DNA of 64,000 bases from NCBI GenBank assembly GCA_025210735.1, contig JAOARD010000032.1, positions 5,345-69,344 of the forward strand. The letters run 5' to 3'. Of this stretch, positions 51,938 to 61,549 are shown in pieces. Below the pieces are notes generated by a model. That model had not been told where the DNA came from and ran no database searches. It was given only the letters and a program-made list of their open reading frames with translations. Position 1 is the first letter of the stretch, and each line of letters begins with the position of its first letter. Made by a program: the position numbers and the translations under genes. The stretch comes from Bacteroidales bacterium (GTDB lineage Bacteria > Bacteroidota > Bacteroidia > Bacteroidales > UBA6680).

Positions 51938-52939
51938 TTATTTAATAAGATTGTTTACTGTGTAGTTAAGTGCCTCTTTTGAATCTACAGTTATGTCAGG
52001 CTCTACACCAACTTTATCTATACGTGCACCATCTGGTGTCTGGTAGTCGGCTATTGGAATAAAGACATTGTAATCGTTATTTACTGTAAATGTATTGGCA
52101 CTAAGCATTGCTCCTGCAGAACAGCCTCCAACTAATGTTGCTACGTTCTCTTTTTTAAGCAGATGTATTAACGGCTCACATGCACTACCTGTATTTCTGT
52201 TGATTAGAATAAATACCTTGCCTTTAAAAACCGGACGGTTATGTCCAGGGACTACCATTCTGAATGCTGCCTCTTCTGCAAACATTTTCATAATTCCCTG
52301 ATATGTAAAATCTTTTAGGTACGGAAAGTTGGCAATATCATTAATACTTGCCGGTCTGGACTCTTTATTAAACCATTTACGTGTAAGGTATACCCCGGCA
52401 TCAATAGGTTTGGTTGTTAAGAACTGACCAAGAATAACAGGAGCATCAAGTGTTCCTCCTCCATTGTTTCTTAGGTCAATAATCAGGTTTTCGTATTTAT
52501 CGGTTCCAATCTCTTTTAATACTGTAATCATCTTCTGTACACCACCTGAAAACGATCTTATATCCAGATAGGCTGTTTTATTGTTTATAGCCTTCCATGA
52601 TATAGTGTGTCTTTTTTTATTTGAGACAGTTTTGGTTGTAGTTGTTGTTGACTTTTGGGTTCTTTTTGGTATAAGATAAAAGTGTGTAAAAGGGAGTTTG
52701 TGACTCTCTTTTCTGAAAGCCTTATTGAAGGCTTTATCGTCAAGTGAGAGCATTTTGTCTGAGTATACTTTAGCTTTAAAGTTTATAAAAGATTCCTCTT
52801 TTAGCCATTCCGGATTGGCAATATTATTCTCTAATAATTCAAAAACATTATCAAGAAATAGCTTACGTTCTTTTGCTGTCTCTTTTGCAATTACTGTTAA
52901 TGTAGCCAGTGATAAAATAAGTGTAATAAAAAATCGCAT
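51938..52939 (-). CDS. S41 family peptidase
   Basis: IIDLRNNGGG, TGSACE, GVEPD; start placed at MRFF signal peptide. Confidence 0.88.
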   Translation of the reverse strand: MRFFITLILSLATLTVIAKETAKERKLFLDNVFELLENNIANPEWLKEESFINFKAKVYSDKMLSLDDKAFNKAFRKESHKLPFTHFYLIPKRTQKSTTTTTKTVSNKKRHTISWKAINNKTAYLDIRSFSGGVQKMITVLKEIGTDKYENLIIDLRNNGGGTLDAPVILGQFLTTKPIDAGVYLTRKWFNKESRPASINDIANFPYLKDFTYQGIMKMFAEEAAFRMVVPGHNRPVFKGKVFILINRNTGSACEPLIHLLKKENVATLVGGCSAGAMLSANTFTVNNDYNVFIPIADYQTPDGARIDKVGVEPDITVDSKEALNYTVNNLIK

Positions 52940-53066
52940 ATCTAATAATTCTATTTGGTTAAACATTTTGTGCAAACCTAATTGATAGAATTATTACAAA
53001 AAAACGGAAGTGATGTGTATGAACAAAAGGTGTTGAAAATGAATGTTTAGGGATGAAATTGAAGTA

Positions 53067-53882
53067 TCAGGGACGTGACTGAAGGTGATTTTTTAATGCA
53101 GTAAAGTGTTTTGGCGATACCGGAATCTCTGTAGAGATACTACTTAATACAGCAGATCCTTTTCTTGTATTACCATGTAGCGTGGTAATGTAATCTGTAT
53201 TTACCAGAAACGATCTGTGTACCTGTGTAGCCATTGGTAATTGATCTACAAGTCCGCTAAGTGTACTTCTTAAAACGTGTTTTTGTATTGTACCCTGTTT
53301 GGTGAAAAGAAATATATCAATGTAGTTAGATTGCGATTTAGCCATTACAAATTCAGACCATACAAATTGTACTTGCTCATCGTTGTTATTACCTTTTATT
53401 GTAATTAATGTTTCTGTGTCGTTACTCTCTGGTGTAATGGTTACTTTGCTGAATCTAAAACGCAGGTATATCCACATAGGAATAAACAGAGGTGCAAAAG
53501 GTAGTCCGAATGATAAACTCCAGTTAATAGCTCCTTGCCAGCTTATAGGTGTATTATTTATTACATAGCTGTTATACATATATGCAAATACACTTATGGT
53601 TATAAAAACTGTTGATATGGTAATTATCTCTTTAGATAATCTCCATCTTTTATTGTCTTTCAGGAACCAGTAGTTTTCAAGTGTATGAAAGAGCAGGATA
53701 GGAGTAGCTATAACTAAACAGTATCCAAATAACTTTACTGTTTTATAATAATCGTTATACTGATAGGTATCAAAAGGTTGCAGAAGTATAAGGATTGCTA
53801 TTATAAAAGCAGAAAGTATAACGGAGATTAATGCTGTGTATCTCCACGAATATGTATATGATATGTTTCTGTTAAGCTGCAT
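53067..53882 (-). CDS. Membrane-bound LytTR family regulator
   Basis: Four TM helices, then SQSNYI...LRSTL...QVHRSFLVN...IPVS. Confidence 0.88.
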   Translation of the reverse strand: MQLNRNISYTYSWRYTALISVILSAFIIAILILLQPFDTYQYNDYYKTVKLFGYCLVIATPILLFHTLENYWFLKDNKRWRLSKEIITISTVFITISVFAYMYNSYVINNTPISWQGAINWSLSFGLPFAPLFIPMWIYLRFRFSKVTITPESNDTETLITIKGNNNDEQVQFVWSEFVMAKSQSNYIDIFLFTKQGTIQKHVLRSTLSGLVDQLPMATQVHRSFLVNTDYITTLHGNTRKGSAVLSSISTEIPVSPKHFTALKNHLQSRP

Positions 53883-53984
53883 GTTTCTTTAATGTTTAAT
53901 TCTACACCCTATAGTGTGTGTTTATCTGCCAAATATAGTATAAGACCCGAATATTCAAAAAGGATAATCGGATCTGTATATATC

Positions 53985-54785
53985 TTAGTTCATATTTCGT
54001 TCGTGAATCAGTTTTTCGTACGATATAATTTTACCTTCTGACGATAACTCATAGAACTCCTCAGTTAATAATTCATTGTTGTCATCGTATTCACACTTGT
54101 TTTCGAATATTAGTATTCCTCCATTGATTACTGAACTGTGTATCTGGTTATTATTGTTATCGTATTTATATGATTCAACTATCTGGGAATCATAAGAGTA
54201 TTCTTTTTCAGCTCTTTTTATAATGTTACCATTAATATCGTACTCAAATAACTCTTTTTTGTATAGCTCATTATCTATATATTGTTCCTCAGATATTTGA
54301 TCTCCTTTATCGTTATATCTGTATATATGTTTTGCAGTTTCGTTATTGTCAGCATCAAGCTCAATCATCTCTTTTACCTTTCTGTGTTCATTAAGAATAT
54401 ATAACTCGCTTCCTAAAATATCGCCGTTTTCGTCGCTAATAATAACCTTTTCAGTATCTCCAAGATCGGTAAATGTGATATCCTGAATCTGCTTGCTACC
54501 ATCGCCATACTCATATACAATCTTGTTTATATATCCGTAATCATCTTTTGTGTATGTATGTTTTTCTATAAGTTCGTCATGATGATCTATCTCTGTGTAA
54601 CTACAGATTCCTCCGGTATCAAAATACCTGTATATTTTTTTATACAATATGTTTGAATCCATATCATACTCAATCTCTTCTAACAGATTCCCGTTTGAAT
54701 CAACTGTTATATTCTTGTGAATGTGCCTGTCTTCTTCTTCGCTTCTTCTGTTTAATGTAACGCTTACTATATTCCAGTTTTCCAT
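53985..54785 (-). CDS. Acidic YD/RHS-like repeat protein
   Basis: Repeated Y.YD..GN motifs. Confidence 0.65.
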   Translation of the reverse strand: MENWNIVSVTLNRRSEEEDRHIHKNITVDSNGNLLEEIEYDMDSNILYKKIYRYFDTGGICSYTEIDHHDELIEKHTYTKDDYGYINKIVYEYGDGSKQIQDITFTDLGDTEKVIISDENGDILGSELYILNEHRKVKEMIELDADNNETAKHIYRYNDKGDQISEEQYIDNELYKKELFEYDINGNIIKRAEKEYSYDSQIVESYKYDNNNNQIHSSVINGGILIFENKCEYDDNNELLTEEFYELSSEGKIISYEKLIHERNMN

Positions 54786-54904
54786 ATATGTTTTATTATA
54801 AGTTTCTCTCTTTAGCGTAGAGAAAAGATATATTATTTGAGGTTACTCAATGCTCAGTAAAGTGTAACTATATAAGTTGTCTGCGAATGTACAAATAAAA
54901 TTTT

Positions 54905-55022
54905 ACAGGATTAACAGGATTAGCAGGATTGACAGGATTAACAGGATTGTAGGATGATGTGGGTGATTTGAAGGGTGAGAATGGGAGAGGGGAAGGTGTT
55001 GTTATGTGGTATCTTCCCCTCT
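54905..55022. repeat. 9-bp ACAGGATTA tandem repeat (~6 units) plus AGAGGGG hairpin
   Basis: Same unit and architecture as 51767-51922. Confidence 0.85.
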
Positions 55023-55043
55023 GGTAATTTGGGATGTTGTTTT

Positions 55044-55937
55044 TTAAAACCGGACACCTGTTATCTGTTCAGATAGTGCCCAAAGTTTTTTTGCCAGATC
55101 TTTGTTAAATACAATAGGTTTCTTCTTCTCAAGTTTTGGGTAACCGCGTATAAACCATCTTGGACCGTAATATTCTCCTCCTTTTGCATCGGGATGTGTT
55201 GCTGCCATAAGTGCCGGCAGAGCACCAATTGTTACGGGTTGTGCCAGAAACTTTGTGAGTCTTCCGCCAATACCTATTGTTTGTTGACGCTCAGTAGCAG
55301 ACAAACCAGGATGTGCTGATAGTGATATTGCCTCTATACTATTTTTTATGAAGAATCTCTCCAGCTCCATCATAAACAGCATATTTGCCAGTTTACTATC
55401 GCCATATGATTTACTTCTGCTATATGTTCTGTTGTTCCAGTTAATATCGTTAAAATCTATATCGCCAGATCTGTATGCTCCGCTTGACATTGTAACTACT
55501 CTTGCACTTTTTGCTTTACTTATATATGGTATTAAAAGTGCTGTGAGAGCAAAGTGTCCGTAATGATTTGTAGCCATATGCATCTCTAAACCACCGTTTG
55601 TCTCTTCTCTGCTAATAAGATTTATTACCCCGGCGTTGTTTATAAGCAGATCAAGCTTTCTGTATTTTTTGCCAAATTCTATAGCAAAGTTGCTTATGGA
55701 TTTTTTGCTTGTAAGATCAAGAGTAATAACCTCTGCGCTAATTTTTCGGTTAAGACCTTTCTCTATATTCTCTATAGCTTTTTGTCCTTTAGATTTTGTT
55801 CTGCATGCAATTACAATATGTGCACCCTTATTTGCCAGATCATGAGATATCTGATAACCGAGCCCAATATTACCACCTGTAATTACTGCTATCTTACCCT
55901 TCTGATTGGGTATGCTGTCTGAATTCCATCTTGCCAT
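55044..55937 (-). CDS. SDR family oxidoreductase (retinol dehydrogenase-like)
   Basis: TGGNIGLG, NNAG, NHYGHF, YGDSK, HPG. Confidence 0.92.
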   Translation of the reverse strand: MARWNSDSIPNQKGKIAVITGGNIGLGYQISHDLANKGAHIVIACRTKSKGQKAIENIEKGLNRKISAEVITLDLTSKKSISNFAIEFGKKYRKLDLLINNAGVINLISREETNGGLEMHMATNHYGHFALTALLIPYISKAKSARVVTMSSGAYRSGDIDFNDINWNNRTYSRSKSYGDSKLANMLFMMELERFFIKNSIEAISLSAHPGLSATERQQTIGIGGRLTKFLAQPVTIGALPALMAATHPDAKGGEYYGPRWFIRGYPKLEKKKPIVFNKDLAKKLWALSEQITGVRF

Positions 55938-56022
55938 ATTAAATAGGTTTTGTTGTGTCTAAACATCTGTATGTTACAATACAAAGATAGACACATGAAA
56001 GCCTGCAAATATGAAACTAGTT

Positions 56023-56571
56023 TCAGAGCTTATGTTTTAGTTTGCTTAACCATTGTGGCGATATTCCGAGAAAGTTGGCAATGTATTTAGATGGTACCTT
56101 CTGTAAAATCTGAGGATATTTGTTATGCAGATACTTAAGCATCTCTAAACTATCAAGGCTTATTAGCTTAGCGCGCATAGAGTTCTTCTCAAGCAGGTTT
56201 CTTATTCCGTGATCGTGAAGATATTCTGCATGCTCAGAGCTATTCAGAAATGTCATTAATCTGTCTTTTCTTATCTTTATAAGTGTTGAGTTGGTGAATG
56301 TTTTAAGGTGATACTCAGATGGTTTATCAAGATAGAACGATTCAGCAACTGTTGCCATAGGGTGGAAATCAGGGATAAAGAAGTTTATGGCTCTCTCTTC
56401 GCCAGTATCAGGATGTACATGTAACATTACAATGCCTCCGTTTAGCACAACATAAACATCAGAGACTTTCTGATCAACATTTATAAGTGTTTCGTGGCTT
56501 TTTACGTTTATAACCTCGCCAATATCTCTGAAATTATTTAATAGTATCTCTGGTATGTTTGCGTTTGACAT
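56023..56571 (-). CDS. Crp/Fnr family regulator
   Basis: cNMP-binding fold plus IANFLGISPQWLS HTH. Confidence 0.88.
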   Translation of the reverse strand: MSNANIPEILLNNFRDIGEVINVKSHETLINVDQKVSDVYVVLNGGIVMLHVHPDTGEERAINFFIPDFHPMATVAESFYLDKPSEYHLKTFTNSTLIKIRKDRLMTFLNSSEHAEYLHDHGIRNLLEKNSMRAKLISLDSLEMLKYLHNKYPQILQKVPSKYIANFLGISPQWLSKLKHKL

Positions 56572-56594
56572 TGTTACTTAATTTAATGTAGATA

Positions 56595-57134
56595 TTATAC
56601 TTTACGTCTGTAGTGATTTTGTACTATCTGATTAAGAAATAGTTCAGATTTTATTAGTTCAAACTCAATAGTTTTTGGTAGTTCAGCAAACAGAGGATAA
56701 CCTCCGCCAAGAATAACCGGAATAGTTGTAATTATTAAATCGTCAACCAAATCCTCTTTAAGGAAGTTCTGTACTGTTTTACCACCATCAATATATATCT
56801 GATTAAGCCCTCTGTTATTCAGCTTTTTCAGAATATCTTTAAGAGATCCGTTAACCAGTTCAGCTTTATATTTATGGCTGTCAGCTATACTTTTAAGAGA
56901 GTTACTTAACACAAAAACAGGCAGTGTATATGGCCATTCGCAATCGAAACTACATACAGTTTCAAATGTATTTCTACCCATTATTATTGCATCAATCTGT
57001 TTAATAAAACTATTGTAACCCATATCTGAATTATCAGGGTTTGGTACTGTTTGTAACCAATCAAGACCACCGTTTTTATCAGCAATATATCCGTCTATAC
57101 TTTGTGCAATATACACTATGTTTCTTTTATCCAT
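56595..57134 (-). CDS. Dihydrofolate reductase family (RibD C-terminal) protein
   Basis: YIAQSIDGYIA, MGRNTF, IDGG, IPVILGGG. Confidence 0.9.
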   Translation of the reverse strand: MDKRNIVYIAQSIDGYIADKNGGLDWLQTVPNPDNSDMGYNSFIKQIDAIIMGRNTFETVCSFDCEWPYTLPVFVLSNSLKSIADSHKYKAELVNGSLKDILKKLNNRGLNQIYIDGGKTVQNFLKEDLVDDLIITTIPVILGGGYPLFAELPKTIEFELIKSELFLNQIVQNHYRRKV

Positions 57135-57159
57135 AACTACAAGTGTTTTATAGATTCTG

Positions 57160-57822
57160 TTATCTTAACATCCGTTTAAGTGTTTTGTTATTAAGTTTTA
57201 GCCTAAAACCAATTTTATATGTTATTAAGCTAAATTTATAGTCCTGTTTCATAAAATTAAATGTGTTTTCTGCTCCAACCAATATTCCGGGTCTAAATAA
57301 GTTGTATTTGGTTTTTCTCTTATTTATTGGATATATAATGAAATCTATACTTATTCCCCAGCAATAATCTTTGTATAAATTTGTAAGGGAGATTGTTTTG
57401 TCATATCCCTTGTTTCTTATTTTTTTACTGAAAATATAATCAAAGAATATACCTCCTTCTACATTTAGAAAATCAGCTGATGCGGGAATACTATTAAATG
57501 ATATTTTTGTGCGAAAGCAATTTAATCTGGTTAATAATTTTATATTGTTATACTCTTCGTCTTCTTTTCCTGATTGTTCAAATCTTCTTGATATGAGGGA
57601 GAAGTTAAGACCAAAATTAAGAGACTCTTTTTTCTCGTAAAATATTCCATAATCTATTGACCCTCCTCCATAACTAAGACTAATTGACTCCCATTTATTA
57701 TCTGGTTGTGGATATGTTCCTCTGATTGCAAATGATAGTTTATGACCTAATTTTTGTGCTTTTGTAAAATGAAGGCTTGTAATAAGTAGTAGGGTTGTAA
57801 TTATAAATGTTCTTACTCGCAT
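57160..57822 (-). CDS. Putative outer-membrane beta-barrel protein
   Basis: Signal peptide and amphipathic strands. Confidence 0.55.
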   Translation of the reverse strand: MRVRTFIITTLLLITSLHFTKAQKLGHKLSFAIRGTYPQPDNKWESISLSYGGGSIDYGIFYEKKESLNFGLNFSLISRRFEQSGKEDEEYNNIKLLTRLNCFRTKISFNSIPASADFLNVEGGIFFDYIFSKKIRNKGYDKTISLTNLYKDYCWGISIDFIIYPINKRKTKYNLFRPGILVGAENTFNFMKQDYKFSLITYKIGFRLKLNNKTLKRMLR

Positions 57823-58212
57823 ATCTGTTATTATGTTGTATGTTAATTATATCAAATACATATAGTTAGCTTTTGTTGTAAATAAGACTTATTCTTATTG
57901 TTTATATAATATGTAAGCTGTTATGTATTGAATAACCGGGGTTTAAACTTGTCTTATATAATGAGTGTATAGTTATATACACAAATTTTAATATTGCGAA
58001 TGTACTATTTTAAAGGTGAAGCAGGAACATGTTATACACCATTGTCTACTATTATAGCTCTTCTGGTTTTAGTAAAAGGTTGATTTTTTTTGAAAAAGAT
58101 GGATTGGAATTTTTTCCGGATGCACCGGGTATAATTAAAGATGGACTGGTATGTTCTCAGGATGCATTTTTTTTCTGAAAGAAGCATTTTCAGGAGGCAA
58201 TAGTTTTTATAA

Positions 58213-58255
58213 AAACCTCTGTATGTGCAGTATTTATGCACATAATCAGAGGTTT
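58213..58255 (-). terminator. Hairpin downstream of the metallophosphoesterase gene
   Basis: AAACCTCTG-TATGTGCA / TGCACATA-AT-CAGAGGTTT. Confidence 0.55.
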
Positions 58256-58273
58256 GATGTATAATTGGTGGTA

Positions 58274-59383
58274 TCAATTTAAATGTGGTGTAAGTTTTAT
58301 GCTTATTATCTCGCTTCGTGTACCAATTCTGAACGGAGGACCAAATGTTCCGACTCCTTCTGATACAAATATTTTTGTTTTGTTGTATGTGTGCAGACCG
58401 CTGTTGTAATCAAATATCATTTTTGCAATAAGGTTGAATGGGAATATCTGCCCTGCATGTGTATGTCCGGCAAGATACAGATCTATACCAGCTTCGCTCG
58501 CATATTTTATACCATTAGGGGCATGATGCAGTAGTATAGATGGTCTGTTTTTATCAATATTAAGTGTTGGCAGAGTCTCCTGAATTGTTGGGTTATTGCC
58601 CGATGCATGCATATCGTACGTTGTTCTGTCGGCAATCATATGCGTAAGACCAACAATCTGAAGTTGTTTGTAGTTTGCCACCTGATTATCAAGAACGTTA
58701 ACACCTGCTTTTTTCATCAGAGCAACAATACTATCGTTATGTGTTGAGTGGTCGTGGTTACCATCAACAAAGTATACTGGTGCTTTTAATCTCTTTAGAG
58801 GATTAAAATATTCCGGTTTAAGAGCATATTTACTATCAAGATAGTCCCCTGTAAGTAGTATAATATCAGGATTCTGTGCATTTGTTTTGTCAACCAGTTT
58901 ATCGAGAAATCCGTTTGTCCTGAAATGCCCAATATGTATATCGGTAAGATGAACAGCATTAATCTCTTCCGTCAATCCTTCAACAGTAATGTTAAGTTTT
59001 GTATCTCTTAAATACATACTATTAAAATAGCCTCCAACAGATATCAGTGTGGTTAACACAATTACCGTTAATCCAAATATCTGTGGTTTTAGTTTTATGA
59101 ATATATTGGCTAAATCTACAGTAATTACAGACATTAGCATAAACAGATATACACCCATTGTAACAAATGATACTTTGTATAGTATATGCTCTAGTGTTCC
59201 GGTTGAGTTCATGAATACTACACCTCCTGTAAAGAATAGTACAGGGAGCACTGAGAAGAGTATATATAATGGTCGTGCACTCTCCAGCCCAAAAGACCAT
59301 GAGAATTTTCTTGACATATATATGATTGATGTAATGAGTATAGCCAGAAAGGCTGTTAGTATTATGTACGGCATAATCTTCAT
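58274..59383 (-). CDS. Membrane-bound metallophosphoesterase (YkuE-like)
   Basis: DIH, TGD, GNHD, GHTH. Confidence 0.92.
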   Translation of the reverse strand: MKIMPYIILTAFLAILITSIIYMSRKFSWSFGLESARPLYILFSVLPVLFFTGGVVFMNSTGTLEHILYKVSFVTMGVYLFMLMSVITVDLANIFIKLKPQIFGLTVIVLTTLISVGGYFNSMYLRDTKLNITVEGLTEEINAVHLTDIHIGHFRTNGFLDKLVDKTNAQNPDIILLTGDYLDSKYALKPEYFNPLKRLKAPVYFVDGNHDHSTHNDSIVALMKKAGVNVLDNQVANYKQLQIVGLTHMIADRTTYDMHASGNNPTIQETLPTLNIDKNRPSILLHHAPNGIKYASEAGIDLYLAGHTHAGQIFPFNLIAKMIFDYNSGLHTYNKTKIFVSEGVGTFGPPFRIGTRSEIISIKLTPHLN

Positions 59384-59428
59384 AATGAGTTGTTTTGTTT
59401 AATGATTACTATAAATATATTGTTCTGG

Positions 59429-60091
59429 TTAAAGTCTTGCTATTTTTTTTATATCTCTGTTCTCAAGATGTTTAAGTTCCTGAGGATGCACTGCTATGTT
59501 TATCATGGCTTTGCCAAGCTGACTACTTGTAATTACTGAATCGGATTTTTTAAGTAGCGGAAATATAGGTTTTGTTAATGTATAAAACAGATTGTACCAT
59601 CCGGTTCTTGATTTAATACCTTTTTCAGGAAGTATAATTCCCGGACGGAATGCGTATGCATCTTTAAACCCTATTGATAGAATTCTGTTTTCTGTTTTTC
59701 CTTTTACTCTTGCCCACATAATTTTACCTTTTTCGGAACTATCAGTACCTGCACCGGATACATAGTTAAATACCGTGTTTGGGTTTAGTTCTAGTAGTGT
59801 TTCAGCAAGAGCATTGGTCATTGTATAGGTAATATGGCTGTATTTGTCTTCGTTTAATCCAAGTGCAGATATACCCATGCAGTGAAAACATATATTATAA
59901 CCACTCAAATGATTTTTTATAGAACTGAAATCGCTAAAGTCGTTATGTACTATCTCATTTAGCTTTGGGTGTGATATGTTTATAGACTTTCGGTTTATTA
60001 CCAATACCCTTTCAACTTCTGGACTGCTAATACACTCTAATAGAGCAGCCTTACCTACCATACCACTTGATCCTGTAATAATAACCTTCAT
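59429..60091 (-). CDS. NAD-dependent epimerase/dehydratase family protein
   Basis: TGSSGMVG, YVSGAG, WARVKGKTEN. Confidence 0.88.
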   Translation of the reverse strand: MKVIITGSSGMVGKAALLECISSPEVERVLVINRKSINISHPKLNEIVHNDFSDFSSIKNHLSGYNICFHCMGISALGLNEDKYSHITYTMTNALAETLLELNPNTVFNYVSGAGTDSSEKGKIMWARVKGKTENRILSIGFKDAYAFRPGIILPEKGIKSRTGWYNLFYTLTKPIFPLLKKSDSVITSSQLGKAMINIAVHPQELKHLENRDIKKIARL

Positions 60092-60276
60092 CTGTTTACA
60101 ATTTGGTTTATAGCTTCAATTGTTTACTGTTATTAAACAAATTGATTGATACAAAGTTAAGGTGAATCGATGGGAGAGATGTATATATATTACAGAATAA
60201 AGAATACTTTTTACAGGAGGGGGGAGTATTTGCTGGCACGTATGTGTACATGCCAGCATATTAAATAGAGAATTAA

Positions 60277-61335
60277 CTATTTACCAAATATGATGGCAAG
60301 GTTAAAAAAGAATCCACGATTATTAATAGTAACATCTGAATAGTTACTAACATTATTCAAGCCAAAGTCGTATCCAACAGAAGCTTCAAAGCTGCCTAGT
60401 TGTTGAGTTGCACCAACCTTTAAACCATAATCATATCTATTAAACGTATTACCATCAGATCCGAATTTTATATCAGACTTTTCATAATCGTCTTTATATT
60501 TGCCATTAATGGCATATGCTGCATATGGTTCTATATTTAATCTGAATGGTTGTCTGCCTCCTGCAATCTTAAACCTGAATGTATTGATACTTAAACGTAA
60601 CGGAACTTCAACATAGTTGAGTCTTATAGATTCGTCAGAATCTTTTGATCTTGCTCCTTTTGAAGAGAATGCAACACCCGGTTGAAATGTAAAGTGTTTT
60701 GCTGTGTAGTCTAAAAATAGCGATACATTTAAACCGACTTTGGTATCGTTGTAATCATTAATATTATCTGTATTAAAGTTGTTGAAGTTCATGCCTAATC
60801 GTATCCCAGGTTTCCATCGACTATTAGATATGTTGTACATAAACTTGTTGAACAGAGTAGGTTTAACACGGTTTTTATTTACTCTTTCCTGAACAACAGA
60901 ATTTGCTACAGCTTTATCAATGGGTTTAGTCCACTCGGGGATGTTTATAAATTTCTTGAACTGGTTTAATTTCATTGAACCATCGTGGCGTTTAATAACT
61001 TCCTCTTTATGGTTTATAAAGATAAATTTGGGTATGCTAACACCCTTTTCTGAGTTATACTTAAAATATATCTCTTTATTGTTTCCTTTATCAACATCTA
61101 GTTTAAGGGCTATAAAATCTCTGTTTACGCTGTTATGTATCTCTTCATCTGTAAATATGTATTTGTTCATATACTGGCAGGGACTACACCATTTGGCTGT
61201 AAAGTATAACAGCAATAATTTGTTTTCACTTTTAGCTTTTTGTAAAGCCTGATTGTAATCTCCGGTATAGAAACTAATAGCTTTAATTTGTAAAGTCATT
61301 AATACCAGAATTGTTAGTAAAATTATTTTTTTCAT
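60277..61335 (-). CDS. Thioredoxin domain fused to an outer-membrane beta-barrel domain
   Basis: FTAKWCSPC, SIP; then GIRLGMN, FQPGVAFSSKG, LNYVEVP, DYGL, YDFGL. Confidence 0.8.
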   Translation of the reverse strand: MKKIILLTILVLMTLQIKAISFYTGDYNQALQKAKSENKLLLLYFTAKWCSPCQYMNKYIFTDEEIHNSVNRDFIALKLDVDKGNNKEIYFKYNSEKGVSIPKFIFINHKEEVIKRHDGSMKLNQFKKFINIPEWTKPIDKAVANSVVQERVNKNRVKPTLFNKFMYNISNSRWKPGIRLGMNFNNFNTDNINDYNDTKVGLNVSLFLDYTAKHFTFQPGVAFSSKGARSKDSDESIRLNYVEVPLRLSINTFRFKIAGGRQPFRLNIEPYAAYAINGKYKDDYEKSDIKFGSDGNTFNRYDYGLKVGATQQLGSFEASVGYDFGLNNVSNYSDVTINNRGFFFNLAIIFGK

Positions 61336-61396
61336 ATGTCTAAATTTGTTTTTTAATGGTCATATGGAACCCGCATTTTAGTAATGTTGGTTTCAT
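61336..61396 (-). repeat. Short variant of the hairpin element, copy K
   Basis: ATGAAACCAACAT-TACTAAA-ATGCGGGTTCCATATG; 42 of 44 nt identical to the gene-proximal end of copy A. Confidence 0.85.
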
Positions 61397-61549
61397 GAAT
61401 TAAACCTTTATTCAGAATATTAAATAAGTAACTATAGTATATATATAACTATTGTGTGTTTAATCAAACTTTATGCCAATGTTATGATTAATTGGTAGTA
61501 TTAGTGCGATATAGGAGCCTATATATGTTATTGAAAAGAGAATAAAGTT

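Noticed and set aside
53985-54785. RHS toxin as cognate partner of the immunity cluster
   Set aside because: Only 266 aa of YD-like repeats, with no RHS core signature and no toxin tip.
58032-58277. 81-aa ORF after the metallophosphoesterase gene
   Set aside because: Runs through a terminator-like hairpin and the 21-bp periodic tract; no protein-like features.
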